DNA of 64,000 bases from an uncultured Bartonella sp. (GTDB lineage Bacteria > Pseudomonadota > Alphaproteobacteria > Rhizobiales > Rhizobiaceae), in contig CAMLBF010000006.1 of the NCBI GenBank assembly GCA_946478235.1, forward strand, positions 10,481-74,480. The letters are read 5' to 3'. The notes under the pieces are model-generated. The model saw only the letters and a program-made list of their open reading frames with translations, was not told where the DNA came from and searched no databases. The position numbers were made by a program, and so were the translations under genes. The first letter of the stretch is position 1. Each line of letters starts with the position of its first letter. Shown one piece after another: positions 1-9,475 of the stretch.

Positions 1-443
1 AATTCTGCTGTTTTTTGATCGATTCCTGACTCGTTAATTTTATTGCCGATCAATTTGCGTTCTTTATCATCAACATGGCCATCTGCTTTAGCAGCCTGTA
101 TCATAGCGCGCACGAGAGTGAGAGCAAAATCACCATTATGATCAGAACCTGTTTGCCCCAAATCTGTTAAATCCATTTTTTTGTTTGCAGATTCATCCTG
201 ATTCTGAAAATTCTTGATGGCATTAAAAGCAACACTGGCTACAGCCGCCAAACCACCGCCTTTAATCAGCCCTTCTAAAATATTGCCCTTTTCATTTCCA
301 CCGAATAAACCTCCTAGAAGATCCCCAACAGAAAAATTGGTGGTTGAAGGTTTTGCTGCATTTGCATTTTGACTATCAGTCTCACTGGTATTGTGCGATT
401 GAAAAAGGTTGGTCAATATTTTCTTAGCATCAAGCATTTTCAT
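1..443 (-). CDS. DUF533 / TerB-like (YebE family) protein, partial; C-terminus lies beyond the left edge
   Basis: My own reverse translation from ATG 441-443 (GAGGAA immediately upstream; alternative ATG 435-437) reads MKMLDAKKIL...GDFALTLVRAMIQAAKADGHVDDKERKLIGNKINESG. It has a Gly-rich linker followed by a TerB-like block. It is absent from the ORF track because there is no stop inside the window. Confidence 0.55.
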   Translation of the reverse strand, partial: MKMLDAKKILTNLFQSHNTSETDSQNANAAKPSTTNFSVGDLLGGLFGGNEKGNILEGLIKGGGLAAVASVAFNAIKNFQNQDESANKKMDLTDLGQTGSDHNGDFALTLVRAMIQAAKADGHVDDKERKLIGNKINESGIDQKTAE

Positions 444-625
444 TTCCTCTATTGCTGCCCGCCTCTTGATTTCAACTAGCGCATCGAAGATGTTTTACAA
501 GCTATTGATGTCAAGTGATGTTGATCCAAAAACCTATTTTCAAACGATCAAACGGTGAAGATATTGGATAGATATTGACCGATATCGTGCTTACGACTGC
601 TCATGGAAAAATTTCAAACTACGTG

Positions 626-643
626 AAAAATATCGATATTTTT
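626..643. promoter_or_regulatory. Perfect 18-bp palindrome AAAAATATCGATATTTTT upstream of eda; candidate operator
   Basis: The sequence is self-complementary as read. It lies 58 nt upstream of the likely eda start and is preceded by three GATAT direct repeats at 560, 571 and 581. Confidence 0.3.
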
Positions 644-700
644 AATGCTCTTTTCTGTTGCCAGAGAAAAGTTTATAGTAAAAATGACTTATCTGGAGAT

Positions 701-1345
701 ATGATTATGGCTCAAAAAACCGAACATCTGTTGCCTATTTTACTCGGGCAAAACGTCATACCAGTCTTGGTAATTGAAAAATTATCCGATGCCGTACCTC
801 TTGCTCGTGCACTGGTAGATGGTGGTTTGAAGGCGCTTGAAATTACGCTCCGGACACCTGTTGCCCTAGACGCAATTCAAGCCATATCGGAAGATGTTCC
901 TAACGCAATTGTTGGGGCTGGAACCATATTGAATGGTGAGCATTTTGAGGCTGCCGAAACAGCAGGTGCAAAATTTATCGTAAGCCCAGGTTTGACGGGC
1001 GAATTAATTGATGTTGCAGAAGAAAGCAAAATACCGCTTTTACCAGGTGCAATAACCCCCAGCGAACTAATGGGCGCGTTAGAAGAAGGCTACGAATATT
1101 TGAAGTTTTTTCCTGCAGAAGCGGCCGGTGGCATCAACTTTGTTAAGTCGCTAGCGTCCCCCTTTGCCAATATCAAATTTTGCCCCACTGGTGGCATTAC
1201 ACAGCAAACAGCAAAACAATGGTTAGATCTACCAAATGTTGTTTGCATTGGCGGTTCGTGGCTTGCTCCCAAAAACCTTGTCCAATCGCATCAATGGGAA
1301 GCAATTACAGCCTTAGCGCAGCAAGCAACCCAATTAACAGCATAA
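701..1345 (+). CDS. eda: 2-keto-3-deoxy-6-phosphogluconate (KDPG/KHG) aldolase
   Basis: [40 protein letters not shown] and KFCPTGGI align along the full length with Eda as I remember it. The start is trimmed to ATG 701 (GGAG at 694-697; ATG 707 also possible). The track ORF begins at 575. Confidence 0.93.
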   Translation: MIMAQKTEHLLPILLGQNVIPVLVIEKLSDAVPLARALVDGGLKALEITLRTPVALDAIQAISEDVPNAIVGAGTILNGEHFEAAETAGAKFIVSPGLTGELIDVAEESKIPLLPGAITPSELMGALEEGYEYLKFFPAEAAGGINFVKSLASPFANIKFCPTGGITQQTAKQWLDLPNVVCIGGSWLAPKNLVQSHQWEAITALAQQATQLTA

Positions 1346-1406
1346 GTAATAAATTTTCGTAGAAAATTAAATCGCGCTTTTCTGCCTGTTGTTTTGCCTA
1401 AAAGAT

Positions 1407-1443
1407 AATTTTGGCTGCCAAAAGCTATTAGACAGCCAAAATT
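1407..1443. terminator. Hairpin between convergent eda and fpr
   Basis: An 11-bp stem AATTTTGGCTG/CAGCCAAAATT with a 15-nt loop. The U-rich tail is better on the minus strand. Confidence 0.45.
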
Positions 1444-1462
1444 CAACTTGATCTTGTGTGCA

Positions 1463-2293
1463 TTAATCAACGAATGCGCGCTCAACCACATAGGTTGCTG
1501 GTGCATTATTGGCACCTTCGACAAGACCAAATTCTTCGCACATGGCCGCACAATCTTTCAGCATCGCCATGGAACCACAGATCATAACCCGATCGGTTTC
1601 CGAATTAATCCGAGGTAAGCCTGTTCTTTCAAAAAAATCACCGCTACGCATCGTATCTGTAATACGCCCCATATGGGCTGATTGCTCGCGCGTTGTCATT
1701 GGATAAAACTGTAATTGTTCAGAAAATTCTCCAATAAGCGGATCTGCTTTTAAATTCTCAACCAATTCACGCGCATAGTTCAATTCGTTGACCTCACGCG
1801 TTGTTTGGATAAGAACAACATCTTCAAACTTTTCGTATGTTTCCGGATCACGAATTAAGCTGGCAAATGGTGCCACACCAGTTCCCGTTGATAGCAAATA
1901 AAGTCGCTTGCCTGGCAACAGAGCATCAAGAACCAATGTACCGGTGGATTTCTTCCGCATAAGGACAGTGTCACCCACTTTGATTTTCTGTAGATGTTCT
2001 GTCAAAGGACCATTTGGTACCTTAATGGAAAAGAATTCCAACTCTTCATCCCAAAACGGGCTTGCTATTGAATAGGCTCTGAATACTGGTTTTTCTGCAT
2101 TCGGCAGGCCGATCATGACAAATTCACCCGAACGGAAACGGAAACTTTCCGGACGGTTGAGGCGAAAGCGAAAAAGCCTGTCAGTATAATGTTTTACTTC
2201 TTGCACCGTAAGTGCAAAGACATTTGGCGGAATGGGAAAAGATGATGACTCGGTAGATGCATTTGAGGATGCATTATCGTCAGGCACACTCAT
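1463..2293 (-). CDS. fpr: Ferredoxin--NADP(+) reductase (bacterial Fpr type)
   Basis: 276 aa. It has the FAD-binding RAYSIAS motif and the NAD(P)-binding LLSTGTGVAPF motif, with FNR-family layout. Confidence 0.88.
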   Translation of the reverse strand: MSVPDDNASSNASTESSSFPIPPNVFALTVQEVKHYTDRLFRFRLNRPESFRFRSGEFVMIGLPNAEKPVFRAYSIASPFWDEELEFFSIKVPNGPLTEHLQKIKVGDTVLMRKKSTGTLVLDALLPGKRLYLLSTGTGVAPFASLIRDPETYEKFEDVVLIQTTREVNELNYARELVENLKADPLIGEFSEQLQFYPMTTREQSAHMGRITDTMRSGDFFERTGLPRINSETDRVMICGSMAMLKDCAAMCEEFGLVEGANNAPATYVVERAFVD

Positions 2294-2508
2294 TGAAATT
2301 TTCCTTAATAAATAGACGGCAGATAAATCTTGATAATTTGAGACATGATATAATCCATTTCTGGGCTATCTGCCAATATTTTCCAATACGTATTTGGTTT
2401 ATTTATAATGACAATTTTGTTTTCGTCAAATCTGTGTCGAAGATAACTTGTATACTGTCTAAAAAATAACTAGCTTTCAGGGTAACTCAGCATAAAGCGC
2501 AATATCCG

Positions 2509-2548
2509 TTTCAGGACTACCGATTATATTTCAGGATTATCGATTATT
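2509..2548 (+). repeat. Tandem 20-bp direct repeat immediately upstream of the phosphohexomutase start codon
   Basis: TTTCAGGACTACCGATTATA followed by TTTCAGGATTATCGATTATT (17/20 identical). A partial third TTTCAGG lies at 2475. Confidence 0.7.
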
Positions 2549-3988
2549 ATGACAACAAATGTAAAATTTGGCACCAGTGGCTTACGTGGGCTTGTTGACG
2601 AGCTATCCAATGATATTTGCAAAAAATATACGATCGGTTTTCTTAATTATCTCATTGCAAACGACGTAATTTCCAATACCTCAACATTATTAGTCGGGTT
2701 GGATTTACGTTCAAGTAGCCCAAGAATTGCACAAGCTGTGATAGAAGCTGCCAAATCAATTGGCATTTCTGTTATCAATGCAGGTGTGTTGCCAACACCG
2801 GCATTGGCGCTCGCTGCCCAAAGCCAAAAATTGCCAGCTATAATGGTAACAGGAAGTCATATTCCGGAAGACCGCAATGGTTTGAAATTTTATAGACCTG
2901 AAGGTGAAATTACCAAACTTGACGAATTGGGAATTATAAACCATCTGCCAGAAATTGTAGAAGCTTCGACAGAGACAGCGAATTCAAAAGTTGAATTGCC
3001 GCCAGTTGATTCAACAATATTATCAGCTTACCGCGACAGATGCCTCAATATACTTCCGCCAAATGCTTTAGAAGATTTGAGAATTGGTGTGTACCAACAT
3101 AGCTCTGTAGCCCGTGATTTGATTGTGGATGTTTTAAAGCAATTAGGAGCTGACGTTGTCACCATTGAAAGAGCTAATCATTTTGTGCCAGTTGATACGG
3201 AAGCCCTGCGAGATATTGACCGTGAAATTGCATTAAATGCGACAATCCAGAATGATCTTTATGCGCTGGTTTCAACTGATGGCGACGCTGACCGCCCCTT
3301 GATCGCAGGCTCTGATGGTGTGTTTCTAAAAGGTGATGTTGTTGGTCTACTGACAGCAAAATACCTGTCGGCTGATGCTGTTGTTACCCCTGTTACATCA
3401 ACATCTGCGGTTGAAACATGTCAATTATTCGAGCATGTCTATCGCTGTTCTGTTGGTTCACCCTATGTTATCGAGGCAATGAAACAGGCAAATGCCGACG
3501 GATATAGTTCTGTTGTGGGGTTTGAAGCCAATGGCGGCGTTCTATTAGGCAATGATCTGGTAACAGATCGTGGTGTACTTCAAAAATTGCCAACGCGTGA
3601 TGCAATGTTACCAATTTTGTGTTTGTTGGGTTTTGCAGAGCTTAATGGCAACACAGTGCAGGGCTTGTCAGCCAACCTGCCGCAGCGCTTTACGGCAAGT
3701 AATCGGTTACAAAATATCGATGTTGCAAAAGCTCAACACATTCTCAAACAACTGGAAGATGGTGCCACACGCGTTCACTTTTTTCATCCTCTTGGCAATA
3801 TTACCCATTGGGATGTTATTGATGGTTTACGTGTCATTTTTGATAATGGCGACATTATACATTTCCGACTTTCTGGCAATGCGCCAGAATTGCGGTGCTA
3901 TAGTGAAGCGGCTTCGCAACAACAAGCAAACAAACTTCTCGACTGGGGGCTTGGCTCAATTCAAGAATCTATGGAGAAAAACGGATGA
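2549..3988 (+). CDS. Alpha-D-phosphohexomutase family enzyme (phosphomannomutase/phosphoglucomutase)
   Basis: 479 aa. It has the active-site Ser loop MVTGSHIPEDRNGLKF, the metal loop STDGDADRP and a sugar-binding GFEANGG block. Confidence 0.85.
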   Translation: MTTNVKFGTSGLRGLVDELSNDICKKYTIGFLNYLIANDVISNTSTLLVGLDLRSSSPRIAQAVIEAAKSIGISVINAGVLPTPALALAAQSQKLPAIMVTGSHIPEDRNGLKFYRPEGEITKLDELGIINHLPEIVEASTETANSKVELPPVDSTILSAYRDRCLNILPPNALEDLRIGVYQHSSVARDLIVDVLKQLGADVVTIERANHFVPVDTEALRDIDREIALNATIQNDLYALVSTDGDADRPLIAGSDGVFLKGDVVGLLTAKYLSADAVVTPVTSTSAVETCQLFEHVYRCSVGSPYVIEAMKQANADGYSSVVGFEANGGVLLGNDLVTDRGVLQKLPTRDAMLPILCLLGFAELNGNTVQGLSANLPQRFTASNRLQNIDVAKAQHILKQLEDGATRVHFFHPLGNITHWDVIDGLRVIFDNGDIIHFRLSGNAPELRCYSEAASQQQANKLLDWGLGSIQESMEKNG

Positions 3989-4272
3989 TCAAGATTGTAG
4001 CGCATTTTTTTATCAAACCTGATTTCGTCAATAAGACTGATGCTTTATTTTCGGAAATCGTTGAAAAATCTCGTAAGGAAAATGGTTGTATTTCTTACGA
4101 ATTATTTTCCGTTGATAATGAGATAGGCCATTTTGTATTCATTGAAACGTGGAAAGACAAAACGGCGCTTGATGCTCATAACAAATCCGAGCATTTCACG
4201 CGAATAATTGCCGAATTGACAAAGATGTCACAAAAGGATGCTCTCATTGCCGTTATGAAGCAAGTACTCTAA
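3985..4272 (+). CDS. Antibiotic-biosynthesis-monooxygenase (ABM/Dabb) domain protein
   Basis: 95 aa with an ATGA overlap onto the upstream gene. The pattern ...ENGCISYELF...F.FIETWKDKTALDAHNKSEHF is typical of ABM domains. Confidence 0.65.
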   Translation: MIKIVAHFFIKPDFVNKTDALFSEIVEKSRKENGCISYELFSVDNEIGHFVFIETWKDKTALDAHNKSEHFTRIIAELTKMSQKDALIAVMKQVL

Positions 4273-4293
4273 CAGTATTTTTAAAAAACATAA

Positions 4294-4337
4294 AAAAACA
4301 ATCGGCATTTTACGAATATAAAATGCCGATTGTTTTT
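4294..4337. terminator. Bidirectional intrinsic terminator
   Basis: Stem AAAAACAATCGGCATTT/AAATGCCGATTGTTTTT with A/T runs on both sides, between convergent genes. Confidence 0.8.
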
Positions 4338-4439
4338 AAATAAAATAATAGATAACAAATGTATTTTATGCCGCTACTATAAATGTTTCATTGGTTTGTT
4401 GAACATATACAGCGCGCGCCTTCACTCTGAAAATTGAAC

Positions 4440-5807
4440 TTAATTCTGCTCGGTTTCCGGTAATAAAAGATTAAGTACAATTGCCGTTATGCCTCCAGCA
4501 GCAAGTCCTGATTTCATAATATCAGCAATCCAGACTGGAAGATGGCTTACAAAAGCAGGCACTTGTGGCACACCTACCCCAACGGCAAGCGCAATTGCAA
4601 TGATAAGCAATGCACGGCGATCAAGTTTGATTGCTGATAGAATGTTAATGCCCGAAGCAGCAACAGAACCAAACATAATCATGGCAGCACCACCCAAAAC
4701 AGGTTCTGGCATAGCTTGAATGAGCGCTGCAATCTTTGGAAAAAGACCAACAACAATTAATATACCCGCTATCCAGAGCCCTATGTAACGACTGGCTATT
4801 CCTGTTAGCTGAATAATCCCGTTATTTTGCGCAAAAACAGAGCTTGGAAATGTGTTGAAAAAACCAGCGAGTAGCGAATTGGCACCATTAACCAACACGC
4901 CGCCTTTTATGCGCTTCATCCATACGGGACCAGACACAGCTTGTCCGGAAATTTTACTGGTTGCAGTAATATCTCCTACTGCTTCCAACGATGTTACGAG
5001 ATAAATAATAATCAGTGGGATAAACAGCGACCATGAAAAAGATAACCCAAAGTGCATAGGACTTGGCAGCGAGAAAAAAGACGAGTGTTCAAAGCCGGAA
5101 AAATCAAGCCGTCCCATCATGCCAGCCATAATATAGCCAACAGCAAGAGCAAGAATAATTGCACTGGATTTAACCCATGTAATACTTACACGATTAAAAA
5201 TAATAATCAGTGCAAATACAGTGCATGACAAAGCCAAGTTCTGCAGGCTAGCAAAATCGCCATTAGGACCCATAGATCCATAACCGCCGCCCATACTGAT
5301 AAGGCCTTCTTTTATAAGTGTAAGACCAATCAATAAAACCACAATTCCAGTCACAAGCGGTGTAATCATACGGCTGATAAATGGCAGAATTCTGGAAACA
5401 GACATTTCAATAAATGACCCCACCATTACAACACCAAAAATAGCCGCCATGACCTCCTGTGGTGGAACTCCGCTTGCAACCATTGCCGCAGAGCCGGCAG
5501 ACAATGGCCCTACAAAATTGAAGCTTGTTCCCTGAACAATTAATAGCCCTGCCCCAAATGGTCCAATTTTCTTGCATTGGACAAATGTTGCAATTCCTGA
5601 AATCACCAGAGACATGGATAAAACCATAGCCATATCTTCGGGCTTAACACCTGCCGCACTACAAATAATAAATCCCGGGGTTATGATCGGAACGATAATT
5701 GCAAGCAAATGCTGCAAGGCCGCCAAAAAGGCGATTAACGGCCTTGGGTGGGAATTGATCTCATAAACCAGATCATCCGATTTGCTCGGTGACGGTGTCG
5801 TTGTCAT
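4440..5807 (-). CDS. Nucleobase:cation symporter-2 (NCS2) xanthine/uracil/purine permease
   Basis: Polytopic membrane protein with NCS2-like blocks (FGAGLLIVQGTSFNFVGP, VFAQNNGIIQLTG). The start is trimmed to MTTTPSPS at 5807. The track ORF extends to 5909. Confidence 0.82.
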   Translation of the reverse strand: MTTTPSPSKSDDLVYEINSHPRPLIAFLAALQHLLAIIVPIITPGFIICSAAGVKPEDMAMVLSMSLVISGIATFVQCKKIGPFGAGLLIVQGTSFNFVGPLSAGSAAMVASGVPPQEVMAAIFGVVMVGSFIEMSVSRILPFISRMITPLVTGIVVLLIGLTLIKEGLISMGGGYGSMGPNGDFASLQNLALSCTVFALIIIFNRVSITWVKSSAIILALAVGYIMAGMMGRLDFSGFEHSSFFSLPSPMHFGLSFSWSLFIPLIIIYLVTSLEAVGDITATSKISGQAVSGPVWMKRIKGGVLVNGANSLLAGFFNTFPSSVFAQNNGIIQLTGIASRYIGLWIAGILIVVGLFPKIAALIQAMPEPVLGGAAMIMFGSVAASGINILSAIKLDRRALLIIAIALAVGVGVPQVPAFVSHLPVWIADIMKSGLAAGGITAIVLNLLLPETEQN

Positions 5808-6095
5808 TGGCGGTCTCCGGTCTGTAGGCTGATAAATGAAAAGGGATAAGGCATATTTATTGATGTGTTTAGTTGAGTACCACTGAAGAAAGGTCAAGTA
5901 TGTTTCCATTACTTCACGCCTTATCCACCAAACAATATCAGATTATGGCATTTGAACCGCACTTTACCGACATTTGCCATCATCTATCACATTCTCTCAA
6001 TGCAATTTCACAGATGTTTATTGACGCTTATTATAAAACTCACTTATTCATGGAGAACGCATCGTTCAAAATGATGAAGTATCAGGATATTGCAA

Positions 6096-6500
6096 ATGAA
6101 TATCGGTGAAGCAGCGAAAGAAACCGGACTAACAGCCAAAATGATCCGGCATTATGAAGAAATTGGTTTAACCAAACCCGCCCACCGTAGCGACAGCGGA
6201 TACCGCTTATATAGCGCAGACGATATTGCAACACTTCATTTTATCAAACGGTCTCGGGTTCTCGGGTTTTCGATTGATGATATCCGCTTATTGCTAGAAT
6301 TATGGAAAGATCACGGACGAGCATCAAGCGAAGTTAAGAAACTGGCAATTTCCCATATAAAAATTTTACAAGATAAAATGGCCTCACTGCAAATTATGGT
6401 TGATACACTCAACCATCTGGTTCAACATTGCCATGGTGATGATAGACCAGATTGTCCTATTCTTGAAGATTTAGCAAAATGTAACCATTGCCAGAATTAA
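6096..6500 (+). CDS. cueR: MerR-family Cu(I)-responsive regulator (CueR/HmrR-like)
   Basis: It has the N-terminal MerR HTH (MNIGEAAKETGLTAKMIRHYE). The C-terminal loop HCHGDDRPDCPI matches the CueR C-x-G-D-D-x3-C-P-I metal site. ATG 6096 is preferred over 6090. Confidence 0.75.
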   Translation: MNIGEAAKETGLTAKMIRHYEEIGLTKPAHRSDSGYRLYSADDIATLHFIKRSRVLGFSIDDIRLLLELWKDHGRASSEVKKLAISHIKILQDKMASLQIMVDTLNHLVQHCHGDDRPDCPILEDLAKCNHCQN

Positions 6501-6661
6501 AACAAATAATTTTATACGAATTGAGAATTATTTTAATTATATAAATCCCTGAATTATCAGGATAATTTGGTAACATTTTCGTACAATACAAACAAAACGC
6601 TTTTTATTATTACAATAGGATACTACACAATTACATATTACAGCATTTTATGAGGCAAGAT

Positions 6662-7822
6662 ATGTCGAAGATACTTGAGATCAATGATCTTAAAAAGATT
6701 GCCAAAAGACGTGTACCAAAAATGTTTTTTGATTATGCGGATTCTGGAGCATGGACAGAAGGCACCTACCACGCCAATGAAGAAGACTTCAAAAAAATAA
6801 AATTACGCCAGCGTGTCTTGGTCGATATGACCAACAGATCGCTTGAAAGTGAAATGATTGGCCAGAAAGTTGCTATGCCTGTTGCTTTGTCACCAACAGG
6901 TCTAACTGGTATGCAACACGCTAATGGTGAGATGCTGGCTGCTCAAGCCGCGGAAGAGTTTGGTGTTCCATTTACGCTTTCAACAATGAGTATTTGCTCT
7001 ATTGAAGATGTTGCATCTGTCACCAAAAAACCATTCTGGTTTCAACTTTATGTCATGAAAGATCGTGATTTTATCGCTGATCTAATCAATCGTGCCAAAG
7101 CCGCCAAATGTGGTGCGTTAGTACTGACACTTGACCTACAAATTTTGGGACAAAGACATAAAGATCTTCGCAATAATTTATCCGCCCCACCAAAGTTTAC
7201 CTTGAAAAATTTATGGCAAATGATGACCTGCCCATTGTGGTGTATGCAAATGTTGCAAACCAACAGACGGACATTTCGTAATATTGCCGGTCACGCAAAA
7301 AATGTTACAGATCTGTCGTCCTTAAGCCTATGGACTGCTTCCCAGTTTGACCCGAAACTAAATTGGGACGATGTGGAATGGATCAAGAAAATTTGGGGTG
7401 GCAAGCTGATCCTCAAGGGTATTCTTGATGTTGAAGATGCCAAAATGGCAACCAAAACGGGTGCCGATGCTATCATCGTATCCAATCATGGTGGGCGACA
7501 ACTCGACGGCGCGCCTTCAACAATTTCTGTTCTGCCAGAAATTGTTGATGCCGTGGGAGACAAGATCGAGATACATTTGGACAGTGGCATACGCTCTGGT
7601 CAAGATGTTTTAAAAGCACTGGCTTTAGGTGCCAAGGGTACATTTATTGGTCGCCCATTTCTTTATGGTTTAGGTGCCATGGGAAAACCTGGTGTCACTA
7701 AGGCACTTGAAATTATTCGGCAGGAACTGGATACAACAATGGCACTATGCGGAAAACGTAAGATCTCAGAACTTACGCACGATGTGCTATATGATTATAG
7801 ACCATTTAAGCCAAAACGGTAG
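6662..7822 (+). CDS. lldD: FMN-dependent alpha-hydroxy-acid dehydrogenase (L-lactate dehydrogenase, LldD-like)
   Basis: DYADSGAWTE, SPTGLTGM, SNHGGRQLD and DSGIRSG are hallmarks of the glycolate oxidase/LldD family. ATG 6662 has GAGG 6 nt upstream. An in-frame ATG at 6650 lacks an SD. Confidence 0.85.
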   Translation: MSKILEINDLKKIAKRRVPKMFFDYADSGAWTEGTYHANEEDFKKIKLRQRVLVDMTNRSLESEMIGQKVAMPVALSPTGLTGMQHANGEMLAAQAAEEFGVPFTLSTMSICSIEDVASVTKKPFWFQLYVMKDRDFIADLINRAKAAKCGALVLTLDLQILGQRHKDLRNNLSAPPKFTLKNLWQMMTCPLWCMQMLQTNRRTFRNIAGHAKNVTDLSSLSLWTASQFDPKLNWDDVEWIKKIWGGKLILKGILDVEDAKMATKTGADAIIVSNHGGRQLDGAPSTISVLPEIVDAVGDKIEIHLDSGIRSGQDVLKALALGAKGTFIGRPFLYGLGAMGKPGVTKALEIIRQELDTTMALCGKRKISELTHDVLYDYRPFKPKR

Positions 7823-8248
7823 AATTCAGATTGGGTTATTGGGAAGAACTATATATCTCCTGATAACCCAAAACTATATCATATTTTATTCTTATAAAGT
7901 TTTCAGATATCTATAATATAGAATTTAAATATTTTAATAATGAATAATATCACACAAAAACAAACAATATATTATTCTATATTTTCAATAAGTTCCCAAG
8001 AATATCGAAAAATTATATTATATAACTTTTCTAGGGCGTCACTATCGCAACATTATAGTGAGTGATTAAAATACTGCACATAATGTATCTATAGCCTCAT
8101 TAAGACATATAAACACGAAAATACGCATCATCTGATATAATCAATTCAACACAAAATTTGCATATCTTCCCTTTTTAAGAGTAGTGATAACTTTTACAGC
8201 AAACTATAAGAACTACGCATATGTCTGGCGTACAAACAGGATAAAGAC

Positions 8249-9397
8249 ATGAATATTTCAGAACTATCAAATTCGATAGACGCTTTAACCTATAGTGGAA
8301 TTTTAACAATTGATCTCGACGCAATTGCCGAGAATTACAAAACTCTGGCAAACTTTGTAAAACCAACGAAATGTGCTGCCGTTATAAAGGCTGATGCATA
8401 TGGTTTGGGAGGAAATAAAATATGCCAAACACTTTATGAGGCTGGTTGTCGGTTTTATTTTGCGGCGCAACTTATTGAAGCGTTGGCGCTAAAAAAAGTT
8501 GTGCCATCAGATGCCAATATTGCAGTGTTGAACGGCATTCAAACAGGAACTGAAAAACTAGCAGCAGAAGCTGGAATTATACCTGTTCTTAATTCTTGGG
8601 AAGCTATCTGTCATTGGAAATCAGTTTGTCAAGAAAAATCCCAACGTTTTCCGGCAATAATCCAAATTGACACGGGAATGTGCCGCCTCGGTCTTGACCA
8701 AGATGAGCTTGAAAAACTCATTGCTGATCCCTCTATTTTCAAAATCGCAAACATAGAATTAATTATCAGCCATCTTGCTCTCAGTGACGAGCAGTCGAGT
8801 GCTGCAAATGCTTCACAATTAAATCGTTTACAGAATGCTTTGGCTAAACTTCCCTCTTGTGAAGTTGCAATTTCTGCATCTGGTGGAATTTTTCTCGGTC
8901 ATAGTTTTCATTTGGATATGGTGCGGCCAGGAATTGCTCTTTATGGCGTTGCGCCTCATGACAATATCTCTCCTACCTTAATTAAACCGGTAATGACGCT
9001 TGATGCCCGTGTCATTCAAACGCGCCATGTAAAAGCCGGTTCTGCAGTAGGGTATGGTGGTTCATTTATCACCAACCGTCCAAGCATTATAACAACCATT
9101 TCTGTCGGCTATGCTGATGGTTTACATCGTTCATTAGGGAATAAAGGTTCGGTGTATTTTAACAATCACCGTTTGCCCATTGTTGGACGTGTCTCAATGG
9201 ATTCAATCACCATTGATGCAACTGATCTTGCTGAAAACGCACCAAAATCAGGGGATTTGATTGAAATTATCGGAAAAAATCAGTCTCTTGACGATATTGC
9301 TCGAGATGCAAACACAATAGCGTATGAAATTCTGACATCTCTTGGCCACCGTTATAAACGTATCTATCTACGAAATGGCAAACCGATTGATTGTTAG
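8249..9397 (+). CDS. alr: Alanine racemase
   Basis: 382 aa. It has the PLP-lysine motif AVIKADAYGLG and a C-terminal barrel block VGYADG...VGRVSMD. Confidence 0.9.
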   Translation: MNISELSNSIDALTYSGILTIDLDAIAENYKTLANFVKPTKCAAVIKADAYGLGGNKICQTLYEAGCRFYFAAQLIEALALKKVVPSDANIAVLNGIQTGTEKLAAEAGIIPVLNSWEAICHWKSVCQEKSQRFPAIIQIDTGMCRLGLDQDELEKLIADPSIFKIANIELIISHLALSDEQSSAANASQLNRLQNALAKLPSCEVAISASGGIFLGHSFHLDMVRPGIALYGVAPHDNISPTLIKPVMTLDARVIQTRHVKAGSAVGYGGSFITNRPSIITTISVGYADGLHRSLGNKGSVYFNNHRLPIVGRVSMDSITIDATDLAENAPKSGDLIEIIGKNQSLDDIARDANTIAYEILTSLGHRYKRIYLRNGKPIDC

Positions 9398-9439
9398 ATT
9401 CATGAAATTTATGTCAGTTGAAACAGCAAACAAAAATAA

Positions 9440-9459
9440 AGACCGGCTTTCGCCGGTCT
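9440..9459. terminator. Bidirectional intrinsic terminator (alr / gcvP convergent)
   Basis: AGACCGGC-TTTC-GCCGGTCT flanked by an A-run and a T-rich tail. Confidence 0.8.
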
Positions 9460-9475
9460 CTTTATCTTATAAAAT

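Noticed and set aside
5808-5935. Possible purine riboswitch in the leader of the NCS2 permease
   Set aside because: A 9-bp inverted repeat exists, but the conserved purine-aptamer junction sequences (UAUAAU..., CCGUAAAU-type) are absent on the minus strand.
5873-6109. 78-aa plus-strand ORF upstream of cueR
   Set aside because: It has no SD and no recognisable domain. It occupies the divergent promoter region and overlaps the cueR start in another frame.
8073-8100. dif-like sequence ACTGCACATAATGTATCTATAGCCTCAT in the AT-rich spacer upstream of alr
   Set aside because: The XerC-arm and central region resemble GGTGCGCATAATGTATA. The XerD arm, normally the best conserved (TTATGTTAAAT), matches at only about 4 of 11 positions.
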